A stretch of 64,000 nt of DNA. Source: Mobula hypostoma (lineage: Eukaryota). The position numbers and the translations under genes are program-made. Below the pieces are notes generated by a model that searched no databases, was not told where the DNA came from, and saw only the letters and a program-made list of their open reading frames with translations. The DNA lies in NCBI RefSeq assembly GCF_963921235.1, contig NC_086097.1, positions 238,640,001-238,704,000 on the forward strand, in the 5' to 3' direction. Each line of letters starts with the position of its first letter. Within the stretch, counting starts at the first letter, position 1. Shown here piece by piece: positions 26,040-38,149 of this stretch.

Positions 26040-27155
26040 ACAAAACACACATAATGCTGGATGAACTCAGCTGGACGGGCTGCATCTATGGATAATGAAT
26101 AAATGGTCGATATTTCAGGCTGATACACCTTCTGGATTGAAAAGGAAGGAGGAAGGCGTCAGACTAAGGTGGTGGGGTGGGGGGAAGCGCAAGGAGGATA
26201 ACTGGAAATCAATAGGTGAAATCAGGTGGGTAGGAAAGATAAAGGGCAGGAGATGAAGGAATCTGAAGGAGAGGAGAGTGGCCCATAGGAGAAAGGGAAG
26301 GAGGAGGGCACCAGGAGGAGGTGATAGGCAGGTGAGAAGAGGTCACAGTAGGGAATTGAAGAATAGGGGAGGGGGAGGGAAAAGTATTTTAAGGAAGGAG
26401 AAATTGAGAGTTGAGAGTTAAAGGGCAAAAGTTTAGGGGTAACATGTGGGGGAACTTCTTTACTCAGAGAGTGGCAGCTGTGTGGAACGAGCTTCCAGCA
26501 GAAGTGGTTGAGGCAGGTTCGATGTTGTCATTTAAAGTTAAATTGGATAGCTATATGGACAGGAAAGGAATGGAGGGTTATGGGCTGAGTGCGGGTCGGT
26601 GGGACTAGCTGAGAGTGAGAGTTCGGCACGGACTAGAAGGGCCGAAATGGCCTGTTTCCGTGCTGTAATTGGTATATGGTCTATATGTTTATATGGTTAA
26701 ATTGATATTCATACCATCAAATTGGAGGCTATCCAGATGAAATATAAAGTGTTGCTCCTCCACTCTGAGGGTAGCCTCATCTTAGTCCAAGAGGAGGCCA
26801 TGGACTGACATGTCAGAACAGGAATGGGAATGAGAATTAAAATGACTGGCCACCTAAAGTTCTGCTTGCGGCTTATGGAATGGAGGTGCTTGACGAAGCG
26901 GTGCCCCAATTTACACTGGGTCTCACGTATGTTGAGGAGGCCACATCGGGAGCACCGGACGCAATAGACAACCCCAGCAGATCTGCAGGTGAAGTGTTGA
27001 CTCACCTGGAAGGACTGTTTGGGGCCCTGAATGCAGGTGAGGGAGGAGGTGAATGGGCCAGAGTAGCACTTAGGCTGCTTAGGGGTAATTGGTGGGAGAG
27101 AGATTAGTGGGGAGGGACAATGGACAAGGGATTCACGCAGGAAGTGACCTGTCTG
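26040..27155 (-). mobile_element. Older PLE fragment (GIY-YIG end and 3' region), interrupted by a CR1 3' piece at ~26410-26700 (+)
   Basis: ORF 26709-27005 FTCRSAGVVYCVRCSRCGLLNIRET; CR1 ORF 26411-26608 NFFTQRVAAVWNELP. Confidence 0.82.
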
Positions 27156-28019
27156 GTAAAATAGTCATTACCAGCTCAACCACTTCAAGCATTCAGATAT
27201 CCACTTAAATACCAAATAAAAAGAAGCAAACAGGGATGTGCAGAAGCATTGAGTTTACTGAATCGGAACCAGTGTTGTAAGAATATCAGAGATTTAATTG
27301 CAGGGCAGCTGAACCTTCTGAACGTTAGGATTTTTTTTCCTATTGTTTGATCTTTCAATGATTGACGAGCATCTCAAGCTTGCCAGTCACACACCACTGT
27401 GAACATGCTGCCTCTATTAGCATGTCAACAGGAGGAACGTTCCAGGAGGGAAATACTTCCCACCTGATTTAGAGTCATGGAATCATACAGCACTACAGCA
27501 CAGAAACTGATCTTGTTTCACAGACTATGGGCATTTAGGTAAAGTGCCCAAACACTCATTATCCTTTTAGAATCTAGCAGTTGGCTTTTCTGTACTCCAT
27601 TCTTAACTTTTTTTGACTTTGGTCTCTTCAGTATTTCTCTCTGTCTTTCAATGTTTTAGGAACAACTTCTACCACTCTGCCATCAGATTTTAGAACAAAA
27701 ATGAACAAACTTACAGGGTCGTAGAACAGTACAGCACAGAAACAGGCCCTCTGGCCCATCTAGTCTGCGCTGAACCATTATCCTGCCTGGCCCTTCAACC
27801 TACACCAAGATCATAGTGCTCATTCCTCTCAAATCCATGTATCCAAATTTCTCTTCAACGTTGAAATCGACCCCCCCATCCACCACTTGCACTGGCAGTT
27901 CATCCCATAGTCTCACCACCCTCTGAGTGAAGAAGTTCCCCTTTATGTTTCCCTTAAACATTTCACCTTTCATGACCTCTCATTCTAGTCTCAGCCAACT
28001 TACACTAAAATTAAAATTA

Positions 28020-28683
28020 GATTTTAGATTATGAGGACACTCAGTCCTCATTTATTGTCATTTAGAAACGCATGCATTAAAAAACGATACAACATTCCTC
28101 CAGTATGATATCACAAGAAAACACAGGACAAACCAAGTCTAAAACTGAAAAAAACACATAATAATAACATATAGGGACAACAGTGCAAAGCAATACCATA
28201 ATTTGATAAAGAGCGGACCATGGGCACGGTAAAAAAAAGTCTCAAAGTCCTGATAGACTCATCATATCACGTAGGTGGCAGAAGGGAGAAACTCTCCCTG
28301 CCATGAACCTCCAAGCGCTGCTAACTTGCCGATGCAGCACCATTGGAAGCACCCGACTGCAGCGGACTCTGAGTCCGTCCGATAACTTCGAGCCTCTGAC
28401 CAGCCCCTCCGACACAGCCTCTGCCGAGCGCTTCGACCCCGCCCCGGCCACCGAGCAACAAGCAAAGCCGAGGACTCGGGGCCTTCTCCTCCAGAGATTC
28501 TGGAACTCACAGTAGCAGCAGCAGCGAAGCAGGCATTTCGGAATTTTCACCAGATGTTCCTCTGTGCTCTCACATCCATCTCCATCAAATCAGGATTGTG
28601 CATGGCACCCTACTTGACAAATAACAGACATCACCAACAGAGTGGCCGCTGCGAGCTGTGTTGCGTCGCCATCTTCTCCTCCA
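28020..28683 (-). mobile_element. Near-complete non-autonomous LINE-related repeat (~660 bp)
   Basis: Minus strand starts GGAGGAGAAGATGGCGACG (CpG-rich head) and ends with the hairpin and AATCT-type tail seen at 10610-10645. Confidence 0.65.
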
Positions 28684-29107
28684 GCCACTTTAGGATTAAG
28701 ATTTTAGGTCCTAAAAAGCACAAAGCCTTTCCAACACTAAGTGGCTTGCTCTCCCCCCACTGACTTGATGCTTCACTCACTATCAAAGCAATGGCATCCA
28801 ACACTTACAATCATTTGAGAAGCATAGTGGAGGAACAATGAAGACTTGTACCAGTCACCCCCTTCATGGTAAGTGACCAATAATTTTGAAACAATGACTT
28901 CTATTATGTTTTGTAACTCCAAAACATTAAACTAAGTCAAAGGAAGACATGGAAGTCTGAAATATGAATCTAACTTCCTGTTTACTTTCAGGGATGCATG
29001 CATGTACCTTGTGGTTTCATAATGTATTCATTTTCATGTACTTATACATATAACCAGTAATGAACTATTTAACCAAACAAGCATGTTAAATCAAATAATA
29101 TATATAC

Positions 29108-29932
29108 AAGCAACACATATAAAAGTTGCTGGTGAACGCAGCAGGCCAGGCAGCATCTCTAGGAAGAGGTACAGTCGACGTTTCAGGCCGAGACCCTTCG
29201 TCAGGACTAACTGAAGGAAGAGTGAGTAAGGGATTTGAAAGTTGGAGTGGAAGGGGGAGATCCAAAATGATAGGAGAAGACAGGAGGGGGAGGGATGGAG
29301 CCAAGAGCTGGACAGTGGACAGGTGATAAGCAAAAGGGATACGAGAGGATCATGGGACAGGAGGTCCAAGAAGAAAGACAAGTGGGGGGGGGACCCAGAG
29401 GATGGGCAAGGGGTATAGTCAGAGGGACAGAGGGAGAAAAAGGAGAGTGAGAGAAAGAATGTGTGTATAAAAAATAAGTAACAGATGGGGTACGAGGGGG
29501 AGGTGGGGCATTAGCGGAAGTTAGAGAAGTCGATGTTCATGCCATCAGGTTGGAGGCTACCCAGACGGAATATAAGGTGTTGTTCCTCCAACCTGAGTGT
29601 GGCTTCATCTTTACAGTAGAGGAGGCCGTGGATAGACATGTCAGAATGGGAATGGGATGTGGAATTAAAATGTGTGGCCACTGGGAGATCCTGCTTTCTC
29701 TGGCGGACAGAGCGTAGGTGTTCAGCAAAGCGGTCTCCCAGTCTGAGTCGGGACTCGCCAATATATAAAAGGCCACATCGGGAGAACCGGACGCAGTAAA
29801 TCACCCCAGCCGACTCACAGGTGAAGTGTTGCCTCACCTGGAAGGACTGCTTGGGACCCTGAATGGTGGTAAGGGAGGAAGTGTAAGGGCATGTATAGCA
29901 CTAGTTCTGCTTACACGGATAAGTGCCAGGAG
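29108..29932 (-). mobile_element. Young PLE, 5'-truncated, with GIY-YIG endonuclease and 3' region
   Basis: ORF 29511-29837: FTCESAGVIYCVRFSRCGLLYIGES..RFAEH..LEEQHLIFRLGSLQPDGMN. Confidence 0.93.
29173..29208 (-). ncRNA. Minimal type I hammerhead ribozyme motif
   Basis: Reverse complement reads AGUC-CUGACGA-AGGGUCUCGGCCU-GAAA-C-GUC-GACU. Confidence 0.8.
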
Positions 29933-30079
29933 ATAGTGTACATATGCTGTTCAGAAATCAGGCTATCTCAGAGGAGAGGAAGCATTTCTCAAGATATTGA
30001 GTGCGGACTCCTCTCCGATGGAGACCATGAGAAGACCATGGCTAAAAATGATTGGAAAAGAACACTAGCAGGGGTGATA

Positions 30080-30630
30080 GCAGAGCAGTAATGGCTGGAA
30101 TTTTTGGAATAAATTTGGTAGGTGTAGGATATACACATCCCAAAGAGGAAGAAGCATTCTAAAGGCAGGGTGACACAATCATGACAAAAGAGAGAAGTTA
30201 AAGCCAACATAAAAGCCAAAGAGGGGTGTATAACAGAGCATAAATTAGTGGGAGGTTTGTGAATGGGAAGCTTTAAGAAAAAAATATTTTGAACTCGGAT
30301 TTCGAAAAGGCCTTTGACAAGATGCTACACATGAGGCTGCCTAACAACTTAAGTGCCCATGGCATTACAGGAAAAATACTAGCATGGATAAAGCTTTGCC
30401 TGATTGGCTGGAGGCAAAGTTTGGGAATAAAGGGAGCCTTTTCTGGTTGGCTGCTGATGATTAGTGGCGTTCCACAGGTGTCTGTGTTTGGAACATGTTA
30501 TTTGTCAATGACTTGAATGAGAGAATTAATGAGGAGAAGGCAGAAAATTGAGTCTGAGAGGGAAAATTGATCAGCCATGTTGAAATGGCAGAGCAGACTT
30601 GATGGGACAAAAGGGCTAATTCTGCTCATA
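30080..30630 (+). mobile_element. Decayed CR1 fragments
   Basis: DFEKAFDKMLH..SGVPQVS (ORF 30289-30516) and 3' UTR. Confidence 0.75.
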
Positions 30631-31305
30631 TATATACTTAATATGAGCTTTAGGAATATATATAATTCACATTTTTATAATTATTTATTGTAATGTATCA
30701 CTGCTGCTCAAACAACAAATTTCACAGCATATGCTGGTGATATTAAACATGATTCTGATTTGGATTCTGAAGCACAGAGACACTTGCAGACTCCGCACAG
30801 CATGTCCCGGGACTGTGTTGGTTGTTTACTACACAAACAACGCATTTCATTGTATGTGTCAATGTTGCAATATACATGGCCAAATAAAGCTAATCTTTAA
30901 TTTTTACCTTTATCTTTCCAATCATCTTCTTGAGAACACCCACCCAACATGGCTCAATTTTATGGTGACAGAATAAAAAGCAGTTTAAGACATATGGGCC
31001 ATTCATCCCATCTTGGCACGTCCTGAAAGACTCAGGCAAATTTCCACAGATGTAGAGTGGAGAACGTTCTATCTGATTGCATCACTGACGGGTATCACGG
31101 GGTCACTGCACAGAATCTGAAAAATCTGCCGAGGGATCTAAACTCAGCCAGCTCCATGATGGGTAGTAGGCTCACCAGCATCTTCAAAAGACGACGCTGC
31201 AAAAAGCCAGCATCTATCATGAAGGACCTCTATTGCCCAGGACATGCCGTCTTCCCATTACTACCATCAGGGAGGTACAGGAGCCTGAAGATGCACACTC
31301 AATGT

Positions 31306-32795
31306 TTCTGTCCCCCACTTTTCCTTCGCTATATCGACGACTGCATTGGTGCTGCTTCCTGCACTCATGCTAAGCTCGTTGACTTCATTAACTTTGCCTC
31401 CAACTTTCACCCTGCCCTCAAGTTTACCTGGTCCATTTCCAACACATCCCTCCCCTTTCTAGATCTTTCTGTCTCTATCTCTGGAGGCAGCTTATCAACT
31501 GATGTCTACTATAAGCCTACTGACTCTCACAGCTATCTGGACTATTCCTCTTCTCACCCTGTCTCTTGCAAAAATGCCATCCCCTTCTCGCAATTCCTCC
31601 GTCTCCGCCGCATCTGCTCTCAGGATGAGGCTTTTCATTCCAGGACAAGGGAGATGTCTTCCTTTTTTAAAGAAAGGGGCTTCCCTTCCTCCACCATTAA
31701 CTCTGCTCTCAAAGGCATCTCCCCCAATTCACGCACATCTGCTCTCACTCCATCCTCCCGCCACCCCACGAGGAATAGGGTTCCCCTGATCCTCACCTAC
31801 CACCCCACCAGCCACCAGGTCCAACATATTATTCTCCATATCTTCTGCCACCTCCAATGGGATCCAACCACTCAGCACATCTTTCCCTCTCCCCTCTCTC
31901 TGCTTTCCGCAGGGATTGCTCCCTATGCGACTCCCTTGTCCATCCGTCCCCCCCATCCCTCCCCACTGATCTCCCTCCTGGCACTTATCCTTGTCAGTGG
32001 AACAAGTGCTACACATGCCCTTACACTTCCTCCCTTACCACCATTCAGGGCCCCAGACAGTCCTTCCACGTGAGGCGAAACTTCACCTGTGAGTCGGCTG
32101 GGGTGATACACTGCACCCGGTACTCCCGATGTGGCCTTCTATATTTTGGCGAGACCCGACGCAGACTGGGAGATCGTTTTGCTGAACACCTACACTCTGT
32201 CCGCCAGAGAAAGCAGGATCTCCCAGTGGCCACACATTTTAATTCCACATCCCATTCTCATTCTGATATGTCTATCCACGGCCTCCTCTACTGTAAAGAT
32301 GAAGCCACACTCAGGTTGGAGGAACAACACCTTCTATTCCATCTGGGTAGCCTCAAACCTGATGGCATGAACATTGACTTCTCTAACTTCCGCTAATGCC
32401 CCGCCTCCCCCTCGTACCCCATCTTTTATTTATTTATATACACACATTCTTTCCCTCTCTCTCCTTTTTCTCTCTCTGTCTTTCTGACTATACCCCTTGA
32501 CCATGCTCTGGGTTTTTCCGCCCCTCCCCCTTTTCCTTCTCCCTGGGCCTCCTGTCCCATGATCCTCTAATATATCTTTTGCCTATCACCTGTCCAGCTC
32601 TTGGCTCCATCCCTCCCCCTCCTGTCTTCTCCTATCATTTCGGATCTCCCCCTCCCCCTCCCACTTTCAAATCTCTTACTAGCTCTTCCTTCGGTTAGTC
32701 CTGACGAAGGGTCTCGGCCTGAAACGTCGACTGTACCTCTTCCTAGAGATGCTGCCTGGCCTGCTGCGTTCACCAGCAACTTTGATGTGTGTTGC
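31306..32795 (+). mobile_element. PLE (Neptune-like), 5'-truncated in RT
   Basis: FLRYIDDC, PFLDLSV, YYKPTDSHSYLDYSSSHP, Cys linker CQWNKCYTC..FTCES, and GIY-YIG VIHCTRYSRCGLLYFGET; one frameshift at ~31890. Confidence 0.93.
32697..32732 (+). ncRNA. Minimal type I hammerhead ribozyme motif
   Basis: AGTC CTGACGA AGGGTCTCGGCCT GAAA C GTC GACT; predicted cleavage after 32728. Confidence 0.8.
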
Positions 32796-33533
32796 AATAC
32801 TTTAGGAATGGGCTTTTCCCCTCTGCCATTATATTTCTGAATAGACTATAAACATTATCTTTTTGCACTCTCTTTTCTTTCTTTTTGCACTTCTTATTTA
32901 ACTTTTAAAATATATATACTTCTTACTGCAATCTACTATTTTTATTATGTACTTTAATGTTACGTTCTGGCATACTAACAAATTTCACAACGTATTGTTC
33001 GTGATATTAAACCTGACTGTGATTCTGATTCTGAAATATGATCATGACTGGAAGGGGAAAGAAACTGCAGCAATTCCATTGAAAGTTGGGCAACTTGTCA
33101 TCACATCTTTAAAGATTTTTGTCCATTAAGTCTCTGGAATGTCCAGATACTCTATTCGCTGTCACTTTACACATCATCAACCACTATAATTTTTTATATA
33201 TATATAAATTACAGCTTATATATACATATATAATATACACACACATACATATATATTGTATTGTAATTTATAGTATCTTTTATGTATTGCACTGTACTGC
33301 TGCTCCAAAGCGACAAACTTCATCATGTTTGTCAGTAATAATAGACCCAATTCAGATTCTTGTTCATCATACGCCATCAGAAATGTCCACACTCTTCCAA
33401 ACATCCTCATGAATAAACTTATATTTAGAATAGAGAGCTGAGTAGATTGATAGTTCGGCATGGACTAGATGGGCTGAAAAGCCTGCTTCTGTGCTGTAGT
33501 GTTCTATGACTTTGTGACTCTATAAGACAATTC

Positions 33534-33783
33534 TTTCTTTCTTTTTAAATCTTTTTATTGAGTAAGTATACAAAAAAGGTAAGCCATATAAACATTAATA
33601 CAATGTTAAAGTACAATAAAATTCCAAAAGATAACAATACCAAAAAGAAAATACTACAAACAATGTAATTTAAGCATAAGAAACCAAGATAACATAATAG
33701 TATACTAGATTTTATATATATCAATGGAAAAAAAAAGAAAAAAGAAAAAAAAACCCCCCAAAAAAAAACCCACCGTGCAACTC
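33534..33783 (-). mobile_element. 250-bp poly(A)-type retro-insertion, probably an L1/Tx1-clade 3' UTR
   Basis: Perfect 14-bp TSD CTATAAGACAATTC (33520-33533 and 33784-33797); minus-strand AATAAA followed by an A-rich tail. Confidence 0.78.
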
Positions 33784-34559
33784 CTATAAGACAATTCAAC
33801 CCTATATTATTTCATACCAATCTTCCAAATTTCCATTATCCACAATGTTTGTTGGAGACAAAACGAAGGAATGCAATAAGAAGATATAAAAGAGACAGAA
33901 AGAATTAAAAAGTTAATTATCTTTTAAGCATTTTCTTGCAACAATAACATTAAAAACTGAAAATTGATTCTTTTGAAAATTGTATTTGGTGCCAGAGTGA
34001 AGGTGAGTAATAAGTAATACTTCACACCCTCTCTGAGGATCGTCATCTTGATGTGGTGAAGAGGACTGTGAATTTCAGAGATCTGGAGAATGATGCCGTC
34101 TGAGGTTTGGTCATTTGGTGCTCAGTTCCTTGTTGGATCACCCATGGTGATCAGGTCAAAGGGGAGGTTCCAGGCAAAGAGCGATCCATCCAAGACCTCA
34201 ACAGTAGAGCTGGCGGGATGACTCATCATAATGGCAGTGAAGGGACCCCAGATGCCTTGTATTGTATGCCTTTGGACCCTGACCCTGATCTGTCAAGGAC
34301 CGTGCTGTGGCTGCCTGTGCATCAGCCTCCCCACGTTAAACAAGTCATGCACAGACTTTCTCCATTATGGGAATCCATACTAACATATCAGATTAAACCC
34401 TGTGGAGATCCTGGATTGACTTCCACAGCCAGCTGAGGAACTCTTAGGGATCATCAAACTCCACTCGTGATCATATTATCACTAATACTTCACAGATCTT
34501 CTCTAAAGTAGTTACATTGGAATCAAAAATCAAAGTTAATTTATTAACAAAGTACATAT

Positions 34560-34925
34560 TTGATGGAGGTAGACAAGATTATGAAGGGTATCAACAGGAT
34601 AAAGTCAAGTAGACTTTTCTCCACTGAGGTTTGGTGGGATTACAACTAGAGGTCATGGCTTAAGGGTGAAGGGTAAGAAGTTTAAGAGAAACATAAGGGG
34701 AAGCTTTTTCACTCTGAGGGTGGTGAGAATGTGGAATGAGCTGCTAACACCAGTGGTACATGTGAGCTTGATTTCAATGTTTAAGGGAAGTTTGGGTAGA
34801 TCCATGGAAAGTAGGGATATGAAGAGCTATGGTCCAAGTGCAAGTCAAAGGGAGTAGCCATTATAAATGGTTTTGGCATGGACTAGATGGGCCAAAGGGC
34901 CTGTTTCTGTGCTGTACTCTATGTC
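34560..34925 (+). mobile_element. CR1 3' fragment
   Basis: FFTLRVVRMWNELL (ORF 34666-34857). Confidence 0.8.
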
Positions 34926-35063
34926 ACCATATACCACCTTGAGGTTCATTTTTTTGCAGACATTTATGGAAAATAAAGAAACACAATAGAATTTATGGGG
35001 GGGGGGAAACTAGACACAAAGTCTGACAACCATTGTGCAAAAGAAAACAAATGGTACAAATAA

Positions 35064-35090
35064 TAGATAGATAGATAGATAGATAGATAG
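35064..35090 (+). repeat. (GATA)n microsatellite
   Basis: Directly visible. Confidence 0.9.
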
Positions 35091-35194
35091 GAAAAAAAAC
35101 TGAGAATATAAATCGTAGAGCCCTTGAAAGTGAGTCTGCAGGTTGTGGAATCAGTTCATAATTAGGTAGGTTGGAATAAGCATATATTTACTTG

Positions 35195-35465
35195 TCTGGT
35201 CTTCTGCCCTCTGCTGTCAGATTTCCCCCTTCTCCAACCCTTTATCTGTTTCACCAATCAACTTCCCAGCTCTTTACTTCACACTCTTCCCCTCTCCCAG
35301 TTTCACTTATCACATTCCACCTTAACCCCTTCCCACTTTCTTTGACTTCTCCTCTCTTGATTTCCAGTCCTGATGAAGGGTCTTGGCCTAAACATCAGCT
35401 GATTACTCTTTTCCATAGATGCTGTCCGGTCTGCAGGGTTCTTCCAGCATTCTGTATGTGTGACA
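35195..35465 (+). mobile_element. Old PLE-derived 3' fragment with a decayed hammerhead
   Basis: CAGTCCTGATGAAGGGTCTTGGCCTAAAC at ~35365-35393. Confidence 0.72.
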
Positions 35466-35679
35466 TATGTTAAGTTGTTTGTTTTCTAGATTTAGTTTCC
35501 TATCTTTGAGATAATTGAGAGAGCATCATGCTATTTCAATTTAATTTTTTTTAGTGCAATATCCACAATTTTTGGAAGAGTAGGAAGACAAACAATATGT
35601 TTTGCTTTTTGTGGCAACTTGGAAGACATTCGATAATTTCAGAGTAAATAACGGAGTGTTGTTCTCTCGGCTGTCACTT

Positions 35680-35986
35680 CTGCCTTTAGTCTTGCGAGAC
35701 CATGGATCTGCGCCTGGAAAGTCTTCACTCTCCAGGGCTCAGGCCTGGGCAAGGTTGTATGGAAGACCAGCAGTTGCCCATGCTGCAAGTCTCCCCTCTC
35801 CACGACACCAGTGTTGTCCAAGAGAAAGGCATTAGGACCCATACAGCTAGGCACCATTGTCATCGCAGAGCAATGTGTGATTAAGTGCCTTGCTCAAGGA
35901 CACAACACACGTTGCCTCGGCTGGGGCTCGAGCTCACGACCTTCAGGTTTGCTAGTCCAATGCCTTAACCATTTGGCCACGTGCCC
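35680..35986 (-). mobile_element. tRNA-derived SINE
   Basis: Minus strand GGGCACGTGGCCAAATGGTTAAGGC (A box) and GAGCTCGAGCCCC (B-box-like), then a GTGTCCTTGAGCAAGGCACTTAATC core. Confidence 0.78.
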
Positions 35987-36835
35987 ACACTTCTGCCATA
36001 GATCGAGAAAATCACTGAGCTTTAGGGCCGGAAAAAGGCACGCTGAAATGACTGTTCTACTTTATCCCCAGACAATTCATCTTCTGTTCCGTACCTACTA
36101 AACCATGTGGCTCAGAATACTCCCATTAAAAGTGGGTAAAAGAAAAGATTGATAGCCCAGGCTTGTTGACTGCATCCAGAGTATTTTCTCATTTGTTGTT
36201 GAGATTCTGATGTTAGCAAAGTTCCCCAAATGAATTGATAGCCCGCTTTAGATGCTTGTCACAAACTAACAGATGTTTTTAAGAACTTACACAAGAAGAA
36301 CCAGGAGATTCTGCTTTCTTTGCTCTAAATTATCAGAATCATGGAATTGTTACAGCACAGCAATTCAGCCTACTGAATCTGTGCTGATCCCTTGTGCATC
36401 AGGCATGACAGTCCCATTTCCCACGTCTTTCTTCTTTCCTCCAAAGTCCTGCAGATTATTTTCTCTTAAGGCAAAATCAAAGTAAATTTATTATCAAAGT
36501 AAATATATGTCATCATATACTACTTTGAGATTCATTTTCTTACAGGCATTTACAGGAAAATAAAGAAATACAATAGAATTTATGAACAGAGTTATAAATG
36601 ACTAAGATTGACAACCAACCAATGTGCGAACATAGACATATCATATAAATTTGTTTTGTGGTAGAGTTCAGTACAGTCCTAACTATTTACTATAAGTTTC
36701 AATAAGAAATATAAAGAAAATAAATAAGTTGTGCAACAATAAAGTAAAAAGTGAGGAACAGTTCATGAGTTCATGGACAGTACAGAAATCTGACGGCAGA
36801 GGGGAAGAAGCTGTTCCTGATCTGTTGAGTGCATG

Positions 36836-37575
36836 TGTCACTTACCCCGTGATGGGTTAAAGAACCAGCAGAAATGGAAAACACTTTGGAGTCCAGTATT
36901 GCCATTAACTAATGGTATTTATTAGTAACTACGCAATACAGTAATATAAAGGCAGATAAATCAAACAGTTTAGCAAAGATTATATATAAGTAAGTGTGGA
37001 AATATATGAAAACCAAGCTTCTTCAAGTCCAGGGGTAAATAGATAGTCTTACGATGATGAATAAAGTTCAGTTCAGTTCCTGGTATTGAGTTGAGTCGTG
37101 ATGGAGAGAGAGAGAGGGAGAGATTTGAGTCTTTAGGTGATCTGACGCTGTCGATCTTCCCATTGTCCTCCGAAATCCTTTAGAAGTCACTGACTGCGAC
37201 CACAACGGAGGGGACCGTTCTTCTGTGGTGGAATTATCAACCCAGGCGAAGGTTGGACACACAAACAACTCCCCACCGGTCACTCCCTTTTCACACTGTG
37301 AGAGCCACTGATCGATCCGCCTGATTGATCCTCCAAAACCCACTATTTCTGTGGGCACAACAAAGCTCATTCAGTGTCCAAAACCATGTGTCTGTCCGCT
37401 TATCATCTGACCTTCTATTTATCTCACCATGCCGAATACTAGCTGTCCATCAACCAGCTCCTCCCCTCTCTCTCTGTAAGAATACAAAGCTGAAACCGGT
37501 GTCCTTGTAAAAATGTAAACATACTGCAGAAAACCCATAACATCATCCAAAGTTGTCTTTGTCTCTCGCTTAACA
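36836..37575 (-). mobile_element. Possible solo LTR
   Basis: Begins TGTCAC, interrupting a Rex1-like 3' UTR; candidate end TTAACA; minus-strand AATAAA at ~36918. No TSD found. Confidence 0.4.
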
Positions 37576-37597
37576 ACAAGATGTCGGTGTTAAACAA

Positions 37598-37960
37598 TTC
37601 CCTCCCCCTTCCTTCCGCTATGCCTATGTCACTCTGCCCCCTCCCCCAGCTGCCTATCACCTCCCTCAAGGTTCTGCCTCCTTCTACTACCCATTGTGTT
37701 TTCCGCTATTCTTTCTTCACTTTTCCTGCCTATCACCTCCCTGCCACCCCTCCCCCACCCCCTTATCTTTCCCCTTACTGGTTTTTCACCTGGAACCTAC
37801 TAGCCTTCTCCTTCCCACCCTCCCCCCACCTTCTTTATAGGGCCTCTGCCCCTTCCCCCTACAGTCTTGACGAAGGGTTCTGGCCCGAAACGTCGACTCA
37901 TCATTTCCACGGATGCTGCCCGACCTGCTGAGTTCCTCCAGCGTGTTGCGAGTGTTGCTA
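37598..37960 (+). mobile_element. PLE-derived 3' fragment with a near-intact hammerhead (37863-37898)
   Basis: AGTC TTGACGA AGGGTTCTGGCCC GAAA C GTC GACT; C3-to-U variant. Confidence 0.8.
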
Positions 37961-38149
37961 CCCTCTATGTATGGACCACAGAACCGAACAATGCCAGCAA
38001 CATTTTCCAAGATAAAGCTGCTAAATTTAACTCAGTCCACTCAGTTCATTAAAACACCACAATTGTCACTAGAGCCAGCTGTCAGCAGTACACAATTCTT
38101 ACCAAGATTATCAACTTATTATTGGCAACCATAGTTATTTTTGTGCTAT

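Larger units (their letters stand above)
31020..33035 (+). mobile_element. Rex1/Babar-like 3' end (31020-31305 and 32796-33035) hosting a PLE
   Basis: ENVLSDCIT..PGHAVFPLLPSGRYRSLK runs to ~31305; the host sequence resumes TTTAGGAATGGGCTTTTCCCCTCTGCCAT after 32795. Confidence 0.7.

Noticed and set aside
31057..32073. 338-aa ORF as a novel fusion gene
   Set aside because: Chance in-frame join of a decayed Rex1-like tail and an inserted PLE RT; it drifts out of the PLE frame at ~31890.
29108..32795. Oppositely oriented PLE copies as one more fold-back insertion
   Set aside because: They are separated by ~1.4 kb of older unrelated repeats and share no TSD. Diagnostic bases differ (TTACTCACTC versus TTACTAGCTC), and the plus copy sits alone inside a Rex1-like host.
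35915..35986. tRNA gene
   Set aside because: Degenerate B box and direct continuation into a SINE body show it is a SINE head.
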